DNA of 64,000 nt, taken from a virus. The number at the start of each line of letters is the position of its first letter. Positions within the stretch are counted from its first letter, which is position 1. The stretch is from the IMG/VR virus record IMGVR_UViG_3300031963_011573, positions 42,061 to 106,060 of that record. One strand, written 5' to 3'. The notes beneath the pieces are model-generated. The model was not told the DNA's origin and made no database searches. It saw only the letters and a program-made list of their open reading frames with translations. The translations under genes were made by a program, and so were the position numbers. Below, piece after piece: positions 28,858 to 38,378 of this stretch.

Positions 28858-29715
28858 ATGTTAATTCGTCATTCAAAATATAAAAATACGGGTATACTTT
28901 TTGAACTTTTAGTTCGTCAAATTACCACTGATACACTAGACGGTAAAGATTCCCCTGCAAAAGATATACTTAAAAAATATTTCGTTAAAACGGAATTGGG
29001 TCGTGAATATAGGTTATATGAAACGTTACTTAAAAAAACATCCCTTACAGAAACTAAAGCAAATATTGTAGTTTCTACTTTAACTGAATCATCTAAAAGT
29101 TTAAATAGAGGGGTAATTAAAAGACAAAAATATAATTTGATTAGTGAAATTCAAAAACATTATGATTTAAATGAATTTTTTAATCATAAACTTCCTAATT
29201 ACAAAGTATATGCTGCTTTTTATACATTGTTAGAAATTACCCATTCTCAAACCTCTATTAATCCTGAACAAACTATCACAAATAAAGTTACTATTTTAGA
29301 GCATTTAACAGCTGCTCAAATTAAAGAAAGTGCTGTTCGTGATGAAGTTTTAACAGAACTAGACAACTCAGATAAAGATGTTAAGTTTCTTGCATATAAA
29401 ATATTAATGGAGAAATTTAATAACAAATACGATGATTTAAGCCTAAACCAAAAAATCATCCTTAAAGAATACATCAATTCAGTAGATAATACATCTCGCT
29501 TAAAAGAATTTTACACAGATAAAATAAACGAGATTAAAGTTGAATTAAAAAAATTAAACAACAAAACAAACAACCCAGTTACAAAAATTAAAATTAACGA
29601 GATTATCTCTGTTATCAATCCACCAGCAAAAAATGCTAAAATAACAGATAATGATTTAGTTGATTTACTACAGTATTGTGATTTAATCAATGAATTAGAA
29701 ACTGTAAATGGATAA
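28858..29715 (+). CDS. Conserved head-module hypothetical protein
   Basis: HSKYKNTGILFELLVRQ; helical; between portal and protease. Confidence 0.65.
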   Translation: MLIRHSKYKNTGILFELLVRQITTDTLDGKDSPAKDILKKYFVKTELGREYRLYETLLKKTSLTETKANIVVSTLTESSKSLNRGVIKRQKYNLISEIQKHYDLNEFFNHKLPNYKVYAAFYTLLEITHSQTSINPEQTITNKVTILEHLTAAQIKESAVRDEVLTELDNSDKDVKFLAYKILMEKFNNKYDDLSLNQKIILKEYINSVDNTSRLKEFYTDKINEIKVELKKLNNKTNNPVTKIKINEIISVINPPAKNAKITDNDLVDLLQYCDLINELETVNG

Positions 29716-30163
29716 GTTAAAAGAAATAATCCGTAAAAAACTCAAAGAAATGAGTGCTACCAATGTTGGTGGTGCTACTGCTTCCCCTGGTGAAGGTATA
29801 GGAATGGCTACTAAACCCGCGTTTAATAAAAATAAAAACGCTAAAGGTGCTAAAAATATATACTATTACAAGTTAGGATTTAAAAATGTCCCAAACATTA
29901 AACCAAAATCTTACGATAAGAAAAAATTATGGGAAGAAGATAAAGAACCATCCGCAGCAAAAAAATTTCAAAACGAAAGAATTGACGAATTTACTCAAAT
30001 TGAAAATCTTTTAAAAGACTTATCCCCTCTTGTATCAAATGCTAAAAATGATACTTTAGAATACTACGCAGCTAACCCAGGTTCATTTGATATTTATAAA
30101 CCGTCTTCAATGGTTTTAGCATATATTCAAAAAGCAGTAGATTTATTAAAACAAAAACAATGA
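29708..30163 (+). CDS. Hypothetical protein, putative internal head protein
   Basis: MDKLKEIIRKKLKE leader; head module location. Confidence 0.55.
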   Translation: MDKLKEIIRKKLKEMSATNVGGATASPGEGIGMATKPAFNKNKNAKGAKNIYYYKLGFKNVPNIKPKSYDKKKLWEEDKEPSAAKKFQNERIDEFTQIENLLKDLSPLVSNAKNDTLEYYAANPGSFDIYKPSSMVLAYIQKAVDLLKQKQ

Positions 30164-31980
30164 AAAAAACATTACAAGATCAGTATTTATTAATCAAAGA
30201 AGGTAAAGGACATAAAGGTGTTTTTCTTACTGAAGCTAAACGTAATTTTCCTCATATAGTACCAAATTCTGCTACATTTGAGGAAGCAGCTGCATCTCTT
30301 AAAACTAAAAACATAATTTCAGAAAATGTGATTGGTTTGACTGCTGTTGCTGGATATGAGCCTAAGAAAAAAGAGTCATACGAAACTGCGTTTGAGGCAT
30401 TTTTAGTTGAAGCTAAAAAGAAAAAAGAAAATGAAGACGAGAAAGTAAAAGCAGAAGAGAAAAAAGTATCTAAACCTGTTGAAAAAGATCTTGAAAAACA
30501 ATACGATAAAATAGACGATAAAACCCCAGACAATTTGATCTTTGATCAAATTATGATGGGTTATTATGCTGAAATGAAAGATCCTAAAAATGCTGATAAA
30601 ACAATGCAACAATTGAAAGATATTGTGTTGAAAAACTTATCAAAAGATCCAATTCACTATACAAAAGATGGTCAATTTGGTGTAAAAGATTTAGGATATG
30701 TAACTGAACATCCTGGTTTAGGCACCCCAAAAGAAGCTACTGGAAAATACAAATCATCTGGATACGGTAATTTAAATGAAAATAAAGAACTTAACGTTGG
30801 TGATACTGTAAAATATAAAGGAATTAAAGTTACAGTAGAAAAAAAAGACGAAGTAGGTAATTTAGTATTGAAATCTGAAAGTGGTAAAACAATTAGAGCA
30901 AATAAAGCACAATTTAAAGAATATGGTTCTTTAGAAGAAGAAAAACTTCGTAAAGCTATCCGTGAAATGATTGATGCTGAGTTAGAAGAAGTTAAAGGTG
31001 GTGGCAATTATGGAATGATGACCATCAACACTGCTAATATTGAAAAAGGAGAACAAAAAATCCCAACATACTATATTTTAACATCCGAAGTTAGAAAAGA
31101 ATTTAACCTTTTAAATCCAGGCCTTAATGCTCCTTCATATGATGAATCATTAAAAATCCCTCATATCCGAATTACTCCTGACAATACTATCTTTATATCA
31201 GATTTACTTTATGTTACTTTAGGAGGAATGGAAAAAGGTAGAGGCACTAGAGAAAAACAAATTGAAGATAACAAAAACCGCCTTAAAGTTATCACTAATG
31301 AAATTTCAGATAGATATTGGCCAATGGTTAGAGCATTACTTAAAAAATATGCTGAATCAAAGACAACTATATACCCTGTACTAGGAAAAGATGTTTTATA
31401 CCATCAAATTAGATTTAAAGAAAATGGGTATAAAGTAGAAAAATTAGAAGATTGGATTGGGAAAAAAATAAAAGAAATTAATGCTAAACTAGCACAAGCA
31501 TCTTCTGGGGAAGTACGAAGAGGTCGTCCTATAAATGTTGAAGCTTTAATGAGATTTAAGAAGCAATTAGAAGATATGGAACCCAATGCTAAAGGTGGTG
31601 TAGCAATAATTCCTCCTCCGTTTCCGATGGGAGAATCTTTAATGGAAAGTGTAGAAAAAGATCTTGCCGCAATTAACAAAGAAGCAGAACATGAAACTTT
31701 ACAATCTAAATTAGATAAAATCCAAGAATTAATTGATAAAAAACAATCTCAACTTAGTAAACTTGATGAGGATGAAGATATGAAAGCTTTAACTGATACT
31801 AAGAAAGTTAAAGAAATTCAAAAAGATATCAAAGCTTTAGAAAAAGCAAAATCTAAAGTTGAAAAAATGATGTCTAAATTTAAAGGTAAAATTAAAAAAA
31901 CAGAAGTAATTGATGAAACAGACGACATGTTAGAAGACAACATAATGGGTGAAGAAATGTCATATGACGAAAATTACTAA
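30160..31980 (+). CDS. Large prohead-core-like modular protein
   Basis: Charged; modules bounded by LNE/LEE/LME; C-terminal coiled coil; immediately before the protease. Confidence 0.55.
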   Translation: MKKTLQDQYLLIKEGKGHKGVFLTEAKRNFPHIVPNSATFEEAAASLKTKNIISENVIGLTAVAGYEPKKKESYETAFEAFLVEAKKKKENEDEKVKAEEKKVSKPVEKDLEKQYDKIDDKTPDNLIFDQIMMGYYAEMKDPKNADKTMQQLKDIVLKNLSKDPIHYTKDGQFGVKDLGYVTEHPGLGTPKEATGKYKSSGYGNLNENKELNVGDTVKYKGIKVTVEKKDEVGNLVLKSESGKTIRANKAQFKEYGSLEEEKLRKAIREMIDAELEEVKGGGNYGMMTINTANIEKGEQKIPTYYILTSEVRKEFNLLNPGLNAPSYDESLKIPHIRITPDNTIFISDLLYVTLGGMEKGRGTREKQIEDNKNRLKVITNEISDRYWPMVRALLKKYAESKTTIYPVLGKDVLYHQIRFKENGYKVEKLEDWIGKKIKEINAKLAQASSGEVRRGRPINVEALMRFKKQLEDMEPNAKGGVAIIPPPFPMGESLMESVEKDLAAINKEAEHETLQSKLDKIQELIDKKQSQLSKLDEDEDMKALTDTKKVKEIQKDIKALEKAKSKVEKMMSKFKGKIKKTEVIDETDDMLEDNIMGEEMSYDENY

Positions 31981-31982
31981 AC

Positions 31983-32615
31983 ATGAACAAACAACTTTTA
32001 ATAGAAACCAGACATTTTGTTCCCCAACCGGTTCGCCTTTTAGAAGGGCTAAAAGGTAATGGAAACATTTTTGTTGAAGGTATTTTAGCTACCGTTGAGG
32101 TAAAAAATGGTAACGGAAGATACTACAAACGTGAGTTGTGGGAACGTGAAATTAATAATTTCCAACAAAAAATAAACCAAAAAACAACCGAAACATGTGG
32201 TGAATTAGATCATCCTGATTCTCAAGTTATAAACCTAAAAAACGCTTCACATTCTATCCGTAAAATATGGTGGGATGGTGATGAAGTATGGGGCCAAGTA
32301 GAAATATTTTCAGACCTAGGACCAAAAGGAACTGTATCTGGCCGTATAGCAGGTGCTTTAGTTAACAATGGTTTAACAATTGGTATTTCATCTCGCGGAA
32401 TGGGCTCATTAAAACAAATGGGTGAGGTAATGGAAGTACAAGATGATTTTGAATTACTTACTTTTGATTTAGTTTCAAACCCTTCTAATCCTGACTCTTG
32501 GATGCGTAATGGACAATTAAACGAATCTAGAACAACATATCTAGATCCTTACGCACGCACAAACTCAATTATAACTGAAATTTTATGTGCTAAAGGCACA
32601 TGCCCGATATTTTAA
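31983..32615 (+). CDS. gp21: Prohead protease (T4 gp21-like)
   Basis: NGNGRYY, GELDHP, ISSRGMGS, FDLVSNPS. Confidence 0.95.
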   Translation: MNKQLLIETRHFVPQPVRLLEGLKGNGNIFVEGILATVEVKNGNGRYYKRELWEREINNFQQKINQKTTETCGELDHPDSQVINLKNASHSIRKIWWDGDEVWGQVEIFSDLGPKGTVSGRIAGALVNNGLTIGISSRGMGSLKQMGEVMEVQDDFELLTFDLVSNPSNPDSWMRNGQLNESRTTYLDPYARTNSIITEILCAKGTCPIF

Positions 32616-32639
32616 AATATGCAAACCGGTACAAGAATT

Positions 32640-32662
32640 GCTCTCATTTGAGAGCTTTTTTT
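32640..32662 (+). terminator. Rho-independent terminator
   Basis: GCTCTC-ATTT-GAGAGC followed by T7. Confidence 0.75.
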
Positions 32663-32803
32663 GTCTTTTGCGACTTTGACAAAATTTGCATATACATATA
32701 ACAGAATATACCACCACCCTCAATCCATGTGGTATCAATTAAATGAATTCTATTACGTTTTAAAATAAACGTACTTTCCCAACAAAATTAAATTTAGGAA
32801 AAA

Positions 32804-34219
32804 ATGGCAACTAACAGAGAAATGCTTAAAGAAGCAATCGCTGAAGCTAAAGCTGTAAAAGAAATGGCTATAGCAAATGCAAAAGCAGCTCTAGAAGAGT
32901 CCTTTACACCTCAACTTAAATCTATGTTATCTTTAAAACTTCAAGAAATGGAAAAAGAAGATCTTGAAGAAGAAGGATATGGTAAAATGGACGCAGAACC
33001 TGAAACAGGATTCAGCTCAATGGGCGAAAAAGCTCTTGATGAAGAAGAAATGGAAGAAGGAGAAGGCGAAAACATGTACGAAGTTGATTTGGAAGAACTT
33101 TTAGCAGAGCTAGAAATGGAAGAAGGTGAAGTTGAAGAAAACATCAACGAAGCCGAAGAAGGTGAAGAAGAGGAAGGTGAAGAGGAAGAAGAAGGTGAAG
33201 AAGAAAACTCAGAAATGGAAGACCTTTCAGACGACGAATTGAAAGAAATGATTGAAGACGTAATCGCACAAATGATTAAAGACGGTGAGTTACAAGCAGG
33301 ATCTGAATTCGAAGGTGAAGAAGAAGGTGAAGAAATGGAAATGGGTGATGAGGAAGAAGAAGTAGATTTAGCAGAACTTTTAAGAGAAATTGAAGAAATG
33401 GAAGAAGAAAATGAATACTCCACTAATGAAATATTTGATCCATCTGCACCAATAGTATTAGCAGCAGGATTGGGTACTTTAGGAGGTTTAATTGCATTAG
33501 GTACAGCTTATTTCTATAGTAAAGGAGCTGCAAAAGAAGAAGAGTTAAAAAGAAGAATAACTAATTTAATTCTTTCTAAGCAAAAAGGAACATTGGATAA
33601 AGAATGGGAGACTATGAAAAAAGATATGGAAAGTAACCCCCAACTAAAACAAAAAGTCCTAGATAACTTAAATACTATCCAGAAATTAGGTCTTAGCCTT
33701 GATGAAGCAGAAACAACAAGTAATCCTATGTTAGCTGCTTTAAAAAATGTAGCTGCAGACCAAGATATTTCTATAGGTAATATCGTTAAAGCAAGTGAAA
33801 AAGTTGAAGATGAAGTAGAAAAAGTAAAAAAATCAGTTGAAGAAACAGAAGAAACAATGGATGAAATGAAAGCTGAATTAGATGAAGCTCTTTCTACAAT
33901 CGAAACTTTAAAAGCTGAACTTAACGAAATCAACCTTTTAAACGCTAAACTTCTTTATTCAAACAAAATCTTCAAAGCTAAAAATTTGAACGAAAACCAA
34001 AAAGTGAAGGTATTAAGTTCGTTTGACAAAGCTAAAAACGTAGGTGAAGTAAAAATGGTATATGAAACTTTAAACGAGGGAATTAAAGTTAAAAAAGAAA
34101 CCATTAAAGAAAACCTAGGTAGAGCTTCTAAAGCAACTACTACCCCAACTGCAAAACAACCAATCGTAGAGTCAAACGATGTATTTAAAAGAATGCAAAA
34201 ATTGGCTGGAATTATTTAA
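32804..34219 (+). CDS. Prohead scaffold/core protein
   Basis: Very acidic coiled coil between protease and capsid; LNEINLLNAKLLY; ends RMQKLAGII. Confidence 0.8.
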   Translation: MATNREMLKEAIAEAKAVKEMAIANAKAALEESFTPQLKSMLSLKLQEMEKEDLEEEGYGKMDAEPETGFSSMGEKALDEEEMEEGEGENMYEVDLEELLAELEMEEGEVEENINEAEEGEEEEGEEEEEGEEENSEMEDLSDDELKEMIEDVIAQMIKDGELQAGSEFEGEEEGEEMEMGDEEEEVDLAELLREIEEMEEENEYSTNEIFDPSAPIVLAAGLGTLGGLIALGTAYFYSKGAAKEEELKRRITNLILSKQKGTLDKEWETMKKDMESNPQLKQKVLDNLNTIQKLGLSLDEAETTSNPMLAALKNVAADQDISIGNIVKASEKVEDEVEKVKKSVEETEETMDEMKAELDEALSTIETLKAELNEINLLNAKLLYSNKIFKAKNLNENQKVKVLSSFDKAKNVGEVKMVYETLNEGIKVKKETIKENLGRASKATTTPTAKQPIVESNDVFKRMQKLAGII

Positions 34220-34244
34220 TTTAAAAACTAAAAAAAAACAAAAA

Positions 34245-35924
34245 ATGTCAAGTATTAATTCATTACTAGAAAGCTCTGCAAACGGATGGAGAAACATGCA
34301 GAGTGATGCTGCTAGAATGGCATCAAAATGGTCTAAAACAGGCCTATTAGAAGGACTTGGAAGCGAAGTTGAAAAAAACAACATGGCTTTGATCCTTGAA
34401 AACCAAGCAAAACAACTTGTTGTTGAGCAATCTTCTACTCAAGTAGGAGGCTCTAACTTTGTTGTAGGACAAGGTGAGCAATGGGCTGGTGTAGCTCTTC
34501 CATTGGTACGTAAAGTATTTGGTTCTTTATCAACTAAAGAATTCATGTCAGTACAACCAATGAATCTACCTTCAGGTCTTGTATTCTTCTTGGATTTCCA
34601 ATATGGTGCTTCAGCTAAAGCTGGATCTCCAACAACATTTGGTCCAGGTTCAGATGTTTATGCTGCTTCATCTTCAATGTACGGTAACACAAACCCAGGA
34701 GCTAATTTAGATCCATCTAGCGGTTTATACGGTGCTGGTAGATTTGCTTATTCAATCAACCAATTCTCTGCTTCTGTAGGTGTAACTGTAGCAACAGCAT
34801 CTTGGGCTCAATTAGATTACGCAGCTGAATTAGCTTCTACAACAGGTAGCTATACAGCTGTAACTGTAACTGGACAATTAACTCGTCCTGATTATAAAGG
34901 TGTTAGAGCATTTGTATTGGCTTCAGGTTCAACTTTAACTTCAGCTACTGCAGCTAAATTGTTACCACAATACACTTCTACAAACGGTACTAACGCAATC
35001 ACATTTATTTATAGTGGTTCTGTAGGTACATCTGATATCCCAGCTGCAGGTGTTTCTTCATCTGTCTTCTACAACATGCAACCTGCTGATAATTTTAGAG
35101 GTGATTTTGAAGATAACAGCGGTGCTGGTTATCCAAATGCTGAATCAACTTCTGCTGATGCATTAGCTATTCCACAAATCAACATTCAAATGAAATCTGA
35201 AGCTATTGTTGCTAAAACACGTAAGTTAAAAGCACAATGGACACCAGAATTTGCTCAAGATTTGAATGCTTACCAATCATTAGATGCTGAAGCTGAATTG
35301 ACTTCAATCATGTCTGAGTATATTGCTCTAGAAATCGATCTAGAAAACTTAGATATGTTGATCCAAGATGCTTCTGCTGCAGATGAATACTGGTCAGCTA
35401 AAAACAACAATTACTTGAATGCAGGTAAAACAGCTTGGGCTGCTGATTTAGACTTCTACAACACACAAGGTCAGTGGTTCCAAACTTTAGGTACTAAAAT
35501 GCAGAAAGTTTCTAACAAAATCCACCAAAAGACTTTACGTGGTGGAGCTAACTTCTTAGTATGTTCTCCTTCAGTTGCAACTGTCCTTGAATCAATCCCA
35601 GGATTTGCTTCAACTTCTGATGGTGATGTAACTAAAGCAAGCTATGCATTTGGTATCCAAAAATCAGGTAACTTAAACAACCGTTATACAGTATACAAAA
35701 ACCCATACATGACTGAAAACGTTATTTTGATGGGTTATAGAGGATCTCAATTCCTTGAAACTGGTGCTGTATTTGCTCCATATGTGCCTCTAATCATGAC
35801 TCCATTAGTGTACGATCCAGACACTTTCACACCAAGAAAAGGTCTATTGACTCGTTACGCTAAGAAAATGATCCGTCCTGAATTCTACGGTCGTATCTTC
35901 GTTAATGATTTGAACACTCTATAA
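34245..35924 (+). CDS. gp23: Major capsid protein (T4 gp23-like)
   Basis: LPLVRKVF, VQPMNLPSGLVF, AKTRKLKAQWTPEFAQDL, APYVPL, TRYA; start at ATG 34245 after an A-rich leader. Confidence 0.95.
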   Translation: MSSINSLLESSANGWRNMQSDAARMASKWSKTGLLEGLGSEVEKNNMALILENQAKQLVVEQSSTQVGGSNFVVGQGEQWAGVALPLVRKVFGSLSTKEFMSVQPMNLPSGLVFFLDFQYGASAKAGSPTTFGPGSDVYAASSSMYGNTNPGANLDPSSGLYGAGRFAYSINQFSASVGVTVATASWAQLDYAAELASTTGSYTAVTVTGQLTRPDYKGVRAFVLASGSTLTSATAAKLLPQYTSTNGTNAITFIYSGSVGTSDIPAAGVSSSVFYNMQPADNFRGDFEDNSGAGYPNAESTSADALAIPQINIQMKSEAIVAKTRKLKAQWTPEFAQDLNAYQSLDAEAELTSIMSEYIALEIDLENLDMLIQDASAADEYWSAKNNNYLNAGKTAWAADLDFYNTQGQWFQTLGTKMQKVSNKIHQKTLRGGANFLVCSPSVATVLESIPGFASTSDGDVTKASYAFGIQKSGNLNNRYTVYKNPYMTENVILMGYRGSQFLETGAVFAPYVPLIMTPLVYDPDTFTPRKGLLTRYAKKMIRPEFYGRIFVNDLNTL

Positions 35925-35949
35925 GAGTAACGGTCAACCGAAAATAAAG

Positions 35950-35977
35950 AGCCTCGCTTATAAAGCGGGGCTTTTTT
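35950..35977 (+). terminator. Rho-independent terminator after the capsid gene
   Basis: AGCCTCGCTT-ATA-AAGCGGGGCT followed by a T tract. Confidence 0.85.
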
Positions 35978-36015
35978 ATTTTTTTATGATGTGGTAATAT
36001 GTATAATAAAATTAA

Positions 36016-36501
36016 ATGGCTAATTTATATGTAACCATTACTGAAGAAATTACCCTTCCTAACCAAAACCAGGAAAAAACTCATAATCTAGTAACAATCC
36101 CTAACATTAATCAAATAGTTAGACGTATTGATACTATTCCAACCACATTTAGTGGTTCAGGGGTTGAAATTTTACGTTTTGTTGATAGTGAGGAAGAACA
36201 AACAGGTGGGGCATTTGTAAAATCTTCTGTAAAATATGTTAGATTAACTAACTTATCTAAAACAAATAGTGCCCAAATATATCTAATTGTAACTGGACAA
36301 GAAAGTACATTATTTAATTTAGGTGCTGGAAAATCAATCATGCTAAATGATGCAGATATTAATGCATCCTCAGCAAATGATTATGTAGTAGAAAATTATG
36401 TAGATGAAACTTACTATAGTGTATTTCACTCAGTAGATTCAATAAAAGCAAAAGCTAGTGGCTCAAACATTTCTTTAGAATATTTTGTAGCTTCTTTATA
36501 A
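36016..36501 (+). CDS. Virion structural protein (possible head decoration)
   Basis: Beta-rich; directly after the capsid gene; ATATGTATA at 35997. Confidence 0.5.
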   Translation: MANLYVTITEEITLPNQNQEKTHNLVTIPNINQIVRRIDTIPTTFSGSGVEILRFVDSEEEQTGGAFVKSSVKYVRLTNLSKTNSAQIYLIVTGQESTLFNLGAGKSIMLNDADINASSANDYVVENYVDETYYSVFHSVDSIKAKASGSNISLEYFVASL

Positions 36502-36528
36502 TACGTATAATAAAAAAACAAACGACAA

Positions 36529-37143
36529 ATGGCAAATTTAACTTTAAGATCAGTAAAAGGTTCCGCTCTTACTATCGCTGAAATGGACGAAAATTTTGAA
36601 TATTTCACAGGTTCATATACAAACACAGGAACAATTACAGCTACAGGATTTGTAGGTGATGTAACAGGAAGCGTATCTGGTAGTGTAACTGGTAATGCTG
36701 ATACTGCAACAACTGCTTCTTACGTAGCTGGTGCTGATGTAGACGGGTACGTAGCTTTAGCAACAGATGCTGATTTAGCAACAACTGCTTCATATGTTGA
36801 CGGAGCAAACGTTGATGGATATGTAGCTTTAGCAACTAACGCTGACAATGCTGCAACAGCATCTTACGTAGAAAATGCTCAAACAGCATCATATGTTGAA
36901 ACAGCTCAAACTGCTTCTTATGTAGAAAATGCTCAAACTGCTTCATATGTTGCTGGTGCAAATGTAGATGGTGATGTAGCAACTGCAACTACCGCTTATA
37001 ATGTAGATGCAACGTCTGGATCAATAACAATAGGAAGTGGTGTTCTTGTATCACCATTAACAGGTTCAATATATTTTGATGCTACTGTTGCTAAATTTTA
37101 TATTTGGGATGGTAATGCTTGGAGAACAGGATCTTTAAGCTAA
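36529..37143 (+). CDS. Short fibre protein with TASYV repeats (head/neck fibre candidate)
   Basis: LRSVKGSALTIAEMDENF anchor-like N-terminus; TASYVENAQ repeats; IYFD...FYIWDGNAW tip. Confidence 0.6.
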   Translation: MANLTLRSVKGSALTIAEMDENFEYFTGSYTNTGTITATGFVGDVTGSVSGSVTGNADTATTASYVAGADVDGYVALATDADLATTASYVDGANVDGYVALATNADNAATASYVENAQTASYVETAQTASYVENAQTASYVAGANVDGDVATATTAYNVDATSGSITIGSGVLVSPLTGSIYFDATVAKFYIWDGNAWRTGSLS

Positions 37144-37168
37144 TAAGATCGATAATATATTCTAGAAG

Positions 37169-37195
37169 GAGTCTCTTAATGAGACTCTTTTTTTT
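37169..37195 (+). terminator. Rho-independent terminator
   Basis: GAGTCTC-TTAAT-GAGACTC followed by T8. Confidence 0.85.
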
Positions 37196-37196
37196 C

Positions 37197-37205
37197 ATAT
37201 TTATA
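37197..37205 (+). promoter_or_regulatory. Putative late promoter ATATTTATA
   Basis: Directly after the terminator, before ATG 37221. Confidence 0.65.
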
Positions 37206-37220
37206 ATAAACTAAAATACC

Positions 37221-38366
37221 ATGAACATTCCTATTTGGCCTGGTTCAAGCTCTTTTCAACCCGGAGCAACACCGTTTGGATTTTACGATAATGATATTCA
37301 ATTTCAACAAGACGCTGATAAATTTGCTAAATTTGCTGCTCAACGTTTAGGATACCCTTTAACAGAAATTGAACTCCAGGACATAAACTTTTACACAGCA
37401 TTAGAAGATGCAGTAACAACTTACGGAAACGAATTGTATGCTTATCAAGTAGCAGATAATTTACTATCATTCCAAGGAAATCCCACCACAATAGGGTCAG
37501 CTAATGGTGAATTGGTTCAAGAAAATTTAAGTAATATAATTTTACTTTCAAATCAATATGGAACAGAAGCAGGTGTTGGAGGTACAGTTACTTACCACAC
37601 AGGCTCTATCCCTTTACAAGCAGGAGTTCAAAATTATGATATGAACGAATGGGCAGTTTCTCAAAGTATCCAAGGGCGCATTGAAATCAGACGCATATTT
37701 TATGAATCTCCCCCAGCAATAACACGTTATTTTGACCCATATGCTGGAACTGGTGTAGGAATGATGCAAATGCTAGATTCATTTGGGTGGGGTTCATATT
37801 CACCCGCAATTAACTTTATGTTAATGCCCGTAAACTATGATTTGCAAAAAATACAAGCTATAGAATTTAACGATCAAATTAGAAAATCTCAATATACCTT
37901 TGAATTGGTAAATAACCAATTGAGAATATTCCCTATTCCAACTGGTTTAAGATATATGAGATTTGAATATATGATATTGGATGAAAAAAACAATCCATAT
38001 GTTGACAGAAATGGTAGAAGCATAATCACAAACCCTTCAAATGTACCATATGAAAATCCAATTTATACCAATATTAACTCAATTGGACGTTCATGGGTAT
38101 TTGAATATGCTTTAGCCATTGTAAAAGAAATACTAGGATATGTCAGAGGAAAATACCAATCTGTTCCTATCCCAGGTTCTGAAATCACATTAAACCAATC
38201 AGATTTAATTGCTGCTGCAACCTCTGAAAAACAAGCTTTAATTGAGCGTTTAAGAGCATATTTAGATTCAACTTCACGTAAAGCGTTGTTAGAGAAAAAA
38301 GCAGCAGAATCTGAAGCTCAAAGACAAACAATTAGTAATATACCAATGGTTATATACATCGGTTAA
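37221..38366 (+). CDS. Neck protein (T4 gp13-like)
   Basis: RLGYPLTEIEL; WVFEYALAIVKEILGYVRGKY..VPIPG.EITLN; ends PMVIYIG. Confidence 0.8.
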   Translation: MNIPIWPGSSSFQPGATPFGFYDNDIQFQQDADKFAKFAAQRLGYPLTEIELQDINFYTALEDAVTTYGNELYAYQVADNLLSFQGNPTTIGSANGELVQENLSNIILLSNQYGTEAGVGGTVTYHTGSIPLQAGVQNYDMNEWAVSQSIQGRIEIRRIFYESPPAITRYFDPYAGTGVGMMQMLDSFGWGSYSPAINFMLMPVNYDLQKIQAIEFNDQIRKSQYTFELVNNQLRIFPIPTGLRYMRFEYMILDEKNNPYVDRNGRSIITNPSNVPYENPIYTNINSIGRSWVFEYALAIVKEILGYVRGKYQSVPIPGSEITLNQSDLIAAATSEKQALIERLRAYLDSTSRKALLEKKAAESEAQRQTISNIPMVIYIG

Positions 38367-38378
38367 AAAAATAATTTT

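Noticed and set aside
34179-34244. Track start for the major capsid protein (also starts at 11694, 19732 and 24609)
   Set aside because: These extensions overlap upstream genes or terminators. Downstream starts at 34245, 11775, 19786 and 24651 fit better.
25217-35924. Inteins in terminase, portal or capsid
   Set aside because: Lengths are typical, and no C/S...HN splice-junction or LAGLIDADG blocks were seen.
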